DNA of 64,000 bases from Laetmonice hystrix (Eukaryota), in contig OZ249450.1 of assembly GCA_965235115.1 (NCBI GenBank), forward strand, positions 19,406,001 to 19,470,000, written 5' to 3'. Shown piece by piece: positions 12,201 to 24,200 of this stretch. The position numbers and the translations under genes were made by a program. Every line of letters starts with the position of its first letter. Positions within the stretch are counted from its first letter, which is position 1. A model generated the notes under the pieces. It saw nothing but the letters and a program-made list of their open reading frames with translations. It searched no databases and was not told where the DNA came from.

Positions 12201-15200
12201 CGGGTGTGGGGGTTCTTTGACGTCTAGTCTACGGATGTGGGGTCCAACATAATAATCCGATCTTTCACTTTACAATTTTACCCTAACACACAATAAACTA
12301 AGCCTGTCAATAGGTGAACATCGTATTTCGGTCATCTCTCTCAAGACGAACGTGTCTTACAGTTCGACACGTATAGGAGAGCACGTGATGGGGCTGCAAT
12401 ATCTCCAGGCTTCCTTTGGTAACATGTTGGGTTCCCATGAGAGCACGTGATGGGGCTGCAATATCTCCAGGCGTCCTGTGGTAACATGTTGGGTTCCCAT
12501 GAGAGCACGTGATGGGGCTGCAATATCTCCAGGCTTCCTTTGGTAACATGTTGGGTTCCCATGAGAGCACGTGATGGGGCTGCAATATCTCCAGGCTTGG
12601 TAACATGTTGGGTTCCCTTTATCAATATCTCCAGGCTTCCATGGTAACATGTTGGGTTCCCTTTATGCGATTATGCCATCTTTTATTGGATGTCTGGCCC
12701 CTGATGTCTTCAGGAAACCCTTTCTCAGAGGTCAAGATGGGGTCAAACACAGGACAGTGAAGGATAACATCAGTCATAGAAAATCAGTGCTTTATATGTG
12801 TCCAATAATTCAGTGCTTTATATGTGTCAAATAAATCAGTGCTTTATAAATGTGTCCAATAAATCAGTGCTTTATATGTGTCAAATAAAGGCGTAACTTG
12901 TAAGTATTCAATGTATATTTGACAGGAGAGGTCAGATTTCAAAGGCGTGGTATTCAGGGCCCCAGCCTGCCTCGCACGCCCTCTAGCGTTGGGCTGATTG
13001 TCAGTTCAGTCAGGGGCCGACCATCACGGCACTGATTGGAGGGACCACGTGACACATGCTGATCACGTGACGACAAATGGGCGAGAACCGAACGAGAAGT
13101 CACAATAGACGACCTCTAGAAACCTCGAGGTCACGTGTAATCTAAAACGGTGTACACAGGCAAACTCTACCCAATCTTCCATCCTTCTCTCTATCCTACG
13201 ATACAAATTACCGGTGTAATGGATTAATGGCACACACCTGCTGGTGTAATACCATCCACATCACTAACTCGCTCACAACTCGGCTCATTCTATCGTCTTA
13301 GCTTGCCATAGCTCGTGATCCCTAATATGAAACCTGTTAACGACATTCTAACACATGATTTCAACCACTTTCATTTCATTTCCCGCCTCATGGAAACTAA
13401 TCACCGACCGACAATATAGAAATGTTAGTGATCATATTGAACCCCTGGTAGCGCTTCAGTAGACAGTGAGGCACTATAACAGGCTCTAAACATACCTTCT
13501 CTTAAATGTTCTAGATAATGGATGAAATCATTTAATGCTGAACTAATTAAAACTGGCATATGTTTTATTATTTACTCGCATACAATGAGCCGTAAAAGTT
13601 TTCCACTCAGCGAATGTAATGACACATATCATTTACTGTCAGTCAGATTAAGTACGGCTTCCCGTGTCATTACTCGACCGCCTTGCCTCGCGCTACCATC
13701 TCCTCCACCCGTCATTCTCACCACACACGTCCGTCACAGTCAACATGTAAATACGGCCACAATAACCGCCTTCCCTCGCGCTACCATCTCCTCCACCCAT
13801 CATTCTCACCACACACGTCCGTCACAGTCAACATGTAAATACGGCCACAATAACCGCCTTCCCTCGCGCTACCATCTCCTCCACCCATCATTCTCACCAC
13901 ACACGTCCGTCACAGTCAACATGTAAATACGGCCACAATAACCGCCTTCCCTCGCTACCATCTCCTCCACCCATCATTCTCACCACACACGTCCGTCACA
14001 GTCAACATGTAAATACGGCCACAATAACCGCCTTCCCTCGCGCTACCATCTCCTCCACCCATCATTCTCACCACACACGTCCGTCACAGTCAACATGTAA
14101 ATACGGCCACAATAACCGCCTTCCCTCGCGCTACCATCTCCTCCACTCATCATTCTCACCACACACGTCTGTCACAGTCAACATGTAAATACGGCCACAA
14201 TAACCGCCTTCCCTCGCGCTACCATCTCCTCCACCCGTCATTCTCACCACACACGTCCGTCACAGTCAACATGTAAATACGGCCACAATAACCGCCTTCC
14301 CTCGCGCTACCATCTCCTCCACCCGTCATTCTCACCACACACGTCCGTCACAGTCAACATGTAAATACGGCCACAATAACCGCCTTCCCTCGCGCTACCA
14401 TCTCCTCCACTCATCATTCTCACCACACACGTCCGTCACAGTCAACATGTAAATACGGCCACAATAACCGCCTTCCCTCGCGCTACCATCTCCTCCACCC
14501 ATCATTCTCACCACACACGTCCGTCACAGTCAACATGTAAATACGGCCACAATAACCGCCTTCCCTCGCGCTACCATCTCCTCCACCCATCATTCTCACC
14601 ACACACGTCCGTCACAGTCAACATGTAAATACGGCCACAATAACCGCCTTCCCTCGCGCTACCATCTCCTCCACCCGTCATTCTCACCACACACGTCCGT
14701 CACAGTCAACATGTAAATACGGCCACAATAACCGCCTTCCCTCGCGCTACCATCTCCTCCACCCGTCATTCTCACCACACACGTCCGTCACAGTCAACAT
14801 GTAAATACGGCCACAATAACCGCCTTCCCTCGCGCTACCATCTCCTCCACCCGTCATTCTCACCACACACGTCCGTCACAGTCAACATGTAAATACGGCC
14901 ACAATAACCGCCTTCCCTCGCGCTACCATCTCCTCCACCCGTCATTCTAACCACACACGTCCGTCACAGTCAACATGTAAATACGGCCACAATAACCGCC
15001 TCCCCTCGCACCACCATCTCCTCTACCCACCATTCTCACCACACACGTCCGTCACAGTCAACATGTAAATACGGCCACAATAACCGCCTTCCCTCGCGCT
15101 ACCATCTCCTCCACTCATCATTCTCACCACACACGTCCGTCACAGTCAACATGTAAATACGGCCACAATAACCGCCTCCCCTCGCACCACCATCTCCTCT

Positions 15201-18200
15201 ACCCACCATTCTCACCACACACGTCCGTCACAGTCAACATGTAAATACGGCCACAATAACCGCCTCCCCTCGCGCTACCATCTCCTCCACCCGTCATTCT
15301 CACCACACACGTCCGTCACAGTCAACATGTAAATACGGCCACAATAACCGCCTTCCCTCGCGCTACCATCTCCTCCACCCGTCATTCTCACATCACTATT
15401 CCTAACCCTAAACATATCGCTAACCTCTAACGTCGGCCCCAAAACCTCCCTAAACACCCATCGCTATCATTAGCCGTGTCCCTAATCCTAACTCTTACCA
15501 TGGGTGACGTCCCAACACACACAAAGGGTGTACTCTGATCGTAGACCACCAGTCCTCCTATCCGCAAGGAGATACGAGCTGGACACAAAGACATCTGCGA
15601 GCAGATGCCACCAGATGTCAGCACCCTGACCTGACTTTCCATATTTGGATGTGGCCTAGGCGGGTCCCCTGACTCTCTAGCTTCGCTGGGCCGACATTTA
15701 GAGCAGGGGACCAGAGTAAGGTCGAGGTTTCTAGGCCTAAGCAGGAAAACATCTTACTCGCTGGACAAACTCCCCCTTTCTCCCCTTACTCTACCTTTCT
15801 CGTGTCCAGTCTCCATTAACTGTCCTGTGAGACGGGAGCGGGGTAAACTGTGAGACGGGAGCGGGGTATCTCATTCCAACCCTTCCATCCTGACACCCCC
15901 TGGCCAAACATAATGGTGGTTGAGATGGCGGGGTTCCCTGCCAGCTTCCCATTATAATTAAAGCCTCACAAAGCGTCGGCTTTTTCTAGAGGTATTACGC
16001 ATAAATAAACGTCTAGCTGTCTCGCTAAGCATTAAAGCGGCAGTAAAAATTGAGCGCGATAGTGATAAGAAAACGAATTCTAACAAAGTCTGAAACAATC
16101 TTTCGTGTCTTGATGATTATTACGTGGCATGCTGATGGCGGAGACAGTTTTTCGCTCTCAAGAAGCGCGTTGAAGAAAGTGCAAATGTTGCATGAGAACC
16201 GTTTCTCGCGGGTAGACTAGACTGAATTGCAAACGGTTGGGAGGGCGCCGGGAAACGTTGGCAGTGCATGGGGCCGAGTTGTCTCCGCACGCTATTGTAT
16301 CAACGCGCCAAGGGAAGTAGTTCCCGTCAAAAGTAGTACTCGAGGTGTGATATGAAATCAGACTGGGAACCATTCTCCTCGGTCCTCCGGCTTATGTGTG
16401 ACTTATTCTGTGACTCAAACATTCTCCTCGGTCCTCCGGCTCATGTGTGACTTATTCTGTGACTCAAACATTCTCCTCGGTCCTCCGGCTCATGTGTGAC
16501 TTATTCTGTGACTCAAACATTCTCCTCGGTCCCCCAGCTCATGTGTGACTTATTCTGTGACTCAAACATTCTCCTCGGTCCTCCGGCTCATGTGTGACTT
16601 ATTCTGTGACTCAAACATTCTCCTCGGTCCTCCGGCTCATGTGTGACTTATTCTGTGACTCAAACATTCTCCTCGGTCCTCCGGCTCATGTGTGACTTAT
16701 TCTGTGACTCAAACATTCTCCTCGGTCCTCCGGCTCATGTGTGACTTATTCTGTGACTCAAACATTCTCCTCGGTCCTCCGGCTCATGTGTGACTTATTC
16801 TGTGACTCAAACATTCTCCTCGGTCCTCCGGCTCATGTGTGACTTATTCTGTGACTCAAACATTCTCCTCGGTCCCCAAGCTCATGTGTGACTTATTCTG
16901 TGACTCAAACATTCTCCTCGGTCCCCCAGCTCATGTGTGACTTATTCTGTGACTCAAACATTCTCCTCGGTCCCCCAGCTCATGTGTGACTTATTCTGTG
17001 ACTCAATCATTCTCCTCGGTCCCCCAGCTCATGTGTGACTTATTCTTTGACTCATGCCCAACGTCCCCGTCTTAATGTGTGACTCGTCCCGTGACTCGGC
17101 CTGGTCACATTAGGCTGCGACCGAAACAAGTAACTGACCATTCAAAATGGTCGCAAACCTGAGACCTATACACTGAAAAGTCTCTCTGAACTCGTCAACT
17201 ACCGATGGGAAATTTGGATCATCCCTTCTAACGGGAAGAATTCTGTAAATCTTCCTTCATGAAAACCACTTAAAATATTTGGTAAATAATTGCTCTTCCC
17301 CGACAACTGTTAATTGCTCCGTGAATGAACTTCATAATTCTTTACGTTCAATGGGAAAAAGATTTTCATTTAATATTAGGTTATGCATCAGTAAGAGATT
17401 TGGAATGGCCTCATTGAGAGTTTAAATGACTAGTTGGACGTAAATGAGGGAAAGGTAATTACAATTAAACTCACTCTTTTGAAATTAATTACTGCCTCAT
17501 TTCAATGGTCCCATCTCGCGGGATTTAATATTAATTTCACACCTGACTATACTCTGCATTGGGGGGAGGGTGTGCTGCATGCAATAACACTGAAGTTTAT
17601 TTTATTGATCATATTTATTGATCTGAATCCCTTAAAATTCCAACCGGGATTAAATGAATACTTTAACTAAATGGGTTTCAAAACAGACTTCCGTCCATCT
17701 CGTGTTTCTTTGAAATTTCCATTAGCATTTCTCCAAGGTTTTATTATTGGCAATTTATGTTGCTTGTTCTAATTTCTCTGCATTTTCATGACTCCCTCAA
17801 AATTTTGTAAGGGATAACATAGTTATTGGTTCTCAGAAATCATGATCATGACGTACTGTGCATAGAGTGGACTTAGTTTGAACTGCGCAGATGGAGGTTG
17901 TTAGGGTTAGTGGTCCAAGCTGCAGCTCATCACCTCAGGACCCTTCACCTGTGGGTTTGAATCTATTCCAGCCACATGTGAGAGGTTCAAGGCCGGTTAC
18001 AAGTTGTAGAGTCGATGGTTCCTCCTGGGACTCCGGTTTCCTCTATCAGTAAAACTGATATGACCCTGGCCGTGGCGGAGGTGCAAAATACCAATCGAAA
18101 TCGAGAACAAGTGTGCTGATTGGTAATCCACCATCTCTCTCAGGACCGGCGCAAGGATATGGGGGTGGTTTGGCGCGATCGGAACTACACTTCCACCGAC

Positions 18201-21200
18201 CACTCATCTGAGGCCATTTTTTTAGGGGGAACGGGGGGCAACATCACAAACAGAATCTTGGAATATAAAACGTAACCCGTTCTGTGTTTGTTGTATTTGG
18301 TGCATGAGGTTGTTAAAGTGGAGGTGGAGGCAGGTCGAGTCGACATTAATAGACCTCTCCATGGCCTGTCGGGAGGTGAGGGATTAACTACCGTTATTAC
18401 TTGGTTGATGTTAGTATTACCTTATTGCCGACCCTAGACAGATTGCCTCCATTAAAAACTCTGACGTCTTCACTCGATATCATCCATGGAGCAAGCCACT
18501 CTTCGCTCAACTTTCACCAGTGACACGTAAAACGACTTTATTACGTGACCCGCATCAAATCAACTCAGTTTCTGTCCCCCATCGAGACGTGGGCGTCGGT
18601 GTGGGTGTGGGTGGGGGAGTGGGTGTGAGCGTGGGGTGTGGGTGTGGGTGTGAGCGTGGGTGTGGGTGGTTCTTACATTACCCCCTTCTGTACACCTATA
18701 CCTAATCCATCCAATCCGTTATCCTCCGTCCACGTTAATTACCAATCGTTCCACCATATCCGTCCGGTTCTGTTTACATGCCGTCTCAACCAATCACATG
18801 GCCGCTCGCCAGTAACTCCGTGACTGTCATTCATCACCATGATGAGACGCCGCCATACATTACAACACACAGACTAAGAGGTCCCATGACCTAATTAGCT
18901 CAGTGTTTTCTGATTAACATCGACTCTAATCTTCATGGAGCACCAGTTTTTGCCCAGCCTTGACAAACACAGCAGCTGAAAACATTTGGCTGGGGATTTA
19001 TGTCGACGTCAGACGAGTCTTCAGTTTCTGTCGCCGACAGACCTACCCGAGTCATTTTCTGTCCTCACGCTTACTCCCTGTCGTCAGCCACAGTTTGTGT
19101 CAACCACATCAGTATCTGCTAACATTTAGCTGTCAGACTAGATATGATTGGCCGCCTGTGCGTACCGAGCCGGCGGCATGACGTCACCATCACCAAACGT
19201 GACGTTTGTTGTGCGCCATTCGACAGTCATTTCCCGCCTTCTCTAGAGGAGAATGCGGTGATTATTTACTGGTCTGACGCCCAGTCTCCGACAGAGAGTC
19301 TGCCGTGCCTGACGAGGCCCGACTCCCCGACTGTAGGGCTGCTGATGGCCTGTCACATATAGTCTGTCTATGTCACTAATTACAGCTCCCAAACCAACAG
19401 CCAACCAACCACTGGTAATGACGTCCTCTGGGGCCACAAACAGTCTCACCGTCCTTCCATTGTTTACGGTCACAATCAGACTCAGACGCTGCAATCAAAA
19501 TACTCAACAGGCCACAATCAACTGCTGACAATCACTCTAAAAACAGTCTAGTAGAAAGCTAGTTACTTTGTTTTAGATGTCATGATTTTGAGGTAAAGGT
19601 AAGGCAGGCCTGGATACAAAACTGAAGACAGGGAAACGAACATGCAGTGACAGTCAAGAACCATAAACAGAAACACCAGCGTTAGCATCAGCAATCACCA
19701 CAATAGGAAAATCCGCCTCTACACTGTGACATAGGGGTCTATACATAGCCCTACACTGTCTATCTCTACGTCTATGGTCTAGAAGTGTCTCGCCGACGTC
19801 GGCCTAGCCTAGACGTCGGCGTACGCCACAGTAACCCGGCCTGTGATCGTAATACGTTGCTTGTCTTTGTCCTTTCACTTCTAACTTTTTATATCCCGCC
19901 CAGAGAAACATCAGTAGGACTTCGGCCTCACCACCCAACCAACAGTTCTTCCGTCAAATAATACGGCGGACTAAGTGCTTTCCGTTTGCTTTGACACGAA
20001 TAGCATGCATAGTAGGTGAAATGATTTGGTTTCCATGGAGGGAAACGGAAAATAACGGAATCCTTGAGAAAGAAATCCATTTAGAGACTTGCGCTGAGCT
20101 TTTAAGGACCTTTATTGGCTTGTTACAATATGTTGCAATTTTTTTAACGTGAATTATTCAGGCAGCACCCCAGTATACAACTGGTAAGGTGAACCGACTG
20201 TATGGATTACGGTGTCACATGAAAGATTGTCCCTGGCAGGGGCACTGCCGGCAGGAGGTGTCACAGGAAATATGGTCCCACCGTGTGCGAAAGTTTCTTG
20301 GAGGTGACTAATGACACACTGCGTCCGACAAGATATTACCTCAGGGTGTAGGAATGGGAGACCTGGCTGTCAGCACACCATGTCGAAATGAAATACTGTC
20401 CCTTGGCATGAGCATCCTAAGTCAAATTAACGGTCGAGGACGTCAGTAAAAACATTCCTTCCCCATACGCACTAAATATCATTTTCCATATACTACTGAT
20501 GTCGGCCCCCTGGTGGCCAAGAATGTTCTAATGTACAGTATGTCATCAAGGACAGCGTCTGGGTCTGCCGGGACGTGGGGTGAGGGAGGCAGGCAATGTC
20601 CTTGGTATGGACAGCAGACCCAGGTCAGCCCGTGTACAGGCAATCTATGACATTAAGCAGCCTGTAATCCATCAGCTGGTGGTCAACTTCAGTGTTTATC
20701 TATAGGACCGTGACTTAATATACACAGTCCCTTTACATATTTTTTTTTCGCTGAGTAAGCCTTTTCTGGTGATCTCTCGTTTCACGTCCCACGTAGCTGA
20801 CTCTGCTTCTGACGCCAACGGGACAAAACCTCCCTGGTGCACGGTCGGCCTCGGCTTCATTTCTATCCCTTCTGTGCCACAGAATTGCTTTCCTTTTTAC
20901 TCCGTGATGGGGCCGGACCAGCTTGGCTGGCTGCCGACTTGTGGGTCGTAATCATAGTGAGGGTAGGGCCATAAAGACGGCCGCCAATAACGAGATCAAC
21001 GTCTGATGTCGGGACCCGTGACGACAATAGTTCAACCACCCTTCCCGAGTAGTGCCCGGAACGCCAGGCTCCTGTTCTGTCACAGCGCCCTCTGGTGGCC
21101 ACATGGCAGCGCCCTCTGGCGGGCGGGCCGTAAGTCACGACCCGAGGCCAGCTCTCAGTGCGCTCGGGGCACTGTTCTTCATTCAGAAACCACTTCGACT

Positions 21201-24200
21201 CCCTGACTCCCAAGAATTGCCGCCCTCCAATACTTGGCCGTATGCACTTCTCCTCAGCACTCTTCCCCAATCACTGTTCAATCACTGGAAATTCTCACCA
21301 GTTATGGACTGAATATGCGAGATTTTAAAAACTAAATAACAAGAAAAAGAAAAAAAGAAAGAAAACAAACATGAATTCATCTGCCTCATTGACTTCCAGT
21401 CAGCCGGTGGTGTTCCCTTTGCTTCCCTCACTTGATTCTTCCCTTCAAACTCAAACCATGCCTCTCCCGACTTTGTTGTTTAAGCTACTGGAGAGCTACC
21501 TCCACCTCTACTTACTCTGGCTTGGTTATTGGCGCAAACTACTAATCCCCCCTGGGGACAAAGTGCACCCCGTCATTCCACAGATTCTTTCAGAAGTAAG
21601 TCGATCTCATTCGCTCACTGATTCCACCTTTGTACGCTGGTCCCACCTGGTCTCACGGCTAACCGTCTGCTGACGTCAGCGCTTCCCACCGGTCTCAGGT
21701 AAATCTCTCAGGTAAATCTCAGGTGAGTGAAATCTCAGGTAACTCTCGGGTGGGTGAAAACTCAGCCGGATGGGCCCCTCACCTCATTAGTCCAGCCGAC
21801 ACCCATGTCAACTAGATTTGTAGACAGTGACAAACGGCCCCAGACTCAACCCGTCAAATATACTCTGCCATTATTCTATCCACCTTCAGCATCTAGAGGA
21901 GCTATGCCCACTCCCCCTACCCACACCCTTTCAGTGGTTGACAGCATCTACAAGAGCTATGCCCACTCCCCCTACCCACACCCTTCCAGTGGCTGACCAT
22001 ACTTTGAACCAGCGCGCACAACCTCAAAAACTCTGGTAGCGTTCTCACCTGCAGTCATGGGTCGGCCATGCACCTCCTTCCCCCGCGGGCCCCTTAAATT
22101 CCCGCTCCACTACAGTCAGGGCCCCCGGCCCCCGGCCCCAGACACACACCCTGGTCACACCCCCAGGTCACACCCCGGCTTCTCTCGGATTCAGACATCT
22201 GCGGCGGGTATTTGTCACTTTATGACGTATGCCTGTCGGCCTGTCTCATTCTGTCGTCGGAACGCTGAACTGTGACGTATGGATCGTGACGTGAATGACG
22301 TGTCACGACTGACTATAACCTCTTTCACTCATGACACTGGAACCTCTTCGGACTATTTGTCTAATCTCCAGAATACGAGATGACATCTGCTGGAACCCGA
22401 GGTCCTGGTCTGAGGAACCTGAGGAACCCTCAGGCGACATCTCTGAATTGTCCTGCGTACGATTATATTTTTAGTGACGTTTTAAGTTTTGTTCTCTATT
22501 GTTTTTTCTTGACGGTGAGTGGTTTCCGCAAGTTTTTACCTCAGAAGGATGATATCAAGAATCTACTACATGTATATACTGAATAATAGCAATATCTCAC
22601 AGCACTAACGGTGATTATATTGTATACAAAACACTTTCATGGTATAGGCCTTGTCTGATACAGAATGGATTTTGCGGAGATATTACGAATCAGGCTGCTG
22701 AAAAAGGACCTTTGTCAGGTGAAGCTTTCACTGTAATTAATTGTATTTTCTTACAATGAATCACTCTTCTTCCGTAAAGTCGTCATCCCAAAAAGAACTT
22801 AACAAATGTAAATGATTCTCTTTCTAATGGATCGTGCCGGGTGGTCGTAAAAAATCCCTTTTGTCCGAACTACTACAATAACCCGTACGCGCCGGGGAGG
22901 GTAACTGGAAGTAAATGACCCTCCTGGTCCGAACCGCTATGACCTGACTACAGAAGACATAGCAAACTGAAGGCCTCTCCCCTCCTCGCAGGACATGTAC
23001 CCTATCAGGGCCGTGGGAACGGAAGCCACAGGCGCCCATCCGGTAACCCGGTTCTAGCTGTCTGTCGTCACTGACCCGGGGACATCGGGTCGCCACATCT
23101 CGTATATGGGTCAAACAACTTTCAACAACCAATGATCTGTCTTCTTTCATACACTGCAAACGTGCCTTAGCGAGTTGTCAAGGGGCATCGCGCATCGTGG
23201 GAATCACTGGAAGCGGTGAGCGTGGGAGGAAGCTCACAGATTCAGAGTGTAGTGGGACCGCGATTTGTTTTGATTTAAGATCTGGCCGAAGAGCGCTTGT
23301 AAGAACTGTCCTGATTGGTCGCAAGGTTGTCGGTGATTGGTTGAATCTCCTGAGCTAAAATACGAGTTTTGCTCCTGGTTATGCCAGGGCGTATACGTAA
23401 GCACGCAAAGCACGCAAACGTTACGTAGTGGCCACAGGATGCAGGCGCCATGCTCCCCACTTCCAAGGGGATCCGCCTCAACTTTTCACGCTGAGCTAAA
23501 AATCAAAATAGCATTTTAGTCAGGCGAATCTTTCGACTACATTGTACGAGTAGCCATGCGAAACTTGGGGCAAGCATCGGTACACGTCTCATATGTGAAG
23601 CCATGGTGATTCCTCGCGTTCCAGGTTTATTTTTAGTCAGGCCATGACAGTTAGCAAGCAGCAGGATGTATTCCGTCCACTGGTCGATGAGGAACATCGA
23701 AACATCACCTAAAACATCTACCAAACCAAAGCTAATCTGCCTGAAGAAAGCCAATCGTCCATGGCCAGTTTAGCTACCACATCATACCAGCTGAGACCAG
23801 TGCAAACTGGTTAGAATGAGCTCCACTTGGTGGAGAAACTTCCAAGGGACTCATGGAAAAGTTTCCACTTAAAGCTGAACTCAGAAGAACTCACACTCTA
23901 TACAACACAACGCTGTATGATTGTGTGAATGCAGCTCCATAACCAGTGAGCTCTTCTATAGTAATATAACGCTCTATCTTAAAACGACATCAATCTGTAC
24001 AAAAACATGCTAGAAGTATTGAACTATTCTGTCACCTAATATGGCATTTGATCTTCGGTGTAGCTGGGTCAACCACGGTTTTTTGACCCATGGCTGGGTC
24101 AGCCAAATCGACCTTGACCCCTAGAGTCAGACAACCGCAGTCCTCTTCACCTTAAAAATCCCTATAACTTTGACCTTCAGTGGCCATGACCCTAACCGTG

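Noticed and set aside
12361-12393. In-frame 33-nt candidate exon (xPITCSPIRVEL)
   Set aside because: Acceptor lacks a pyrimidine tract and derives from the 62-bp minisatellite edge; it shows how easily such matches arise by chance
13522-13926. 134-aa ORF, and similar ORFs at 12307-12650, 30799-31014, 33061-33889, 36623-37084 and 60149-60781
   Set aside because: All run through tandem repeats; open frames are expected from unit composition
16371-17054. Regular arrays as possible CRISPR loci
   Set aside because: Head-to-tail units with no unique spacers, in a spliced eukaryotic gene context, and no cas genes
20863-21270. 135-aa minus-strand ORF as an alternative terminal exon
   Set aside because: No suitable phase-2 acceptor found; the GC-rich CTCF-motif patch explains the lack of stops
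21693-21743. Four tandem tctcaggt(a/g)a AG|GT motifs on the plus strand
   Set aside because: Antisense to the gene and explained by a short local tandem duplication
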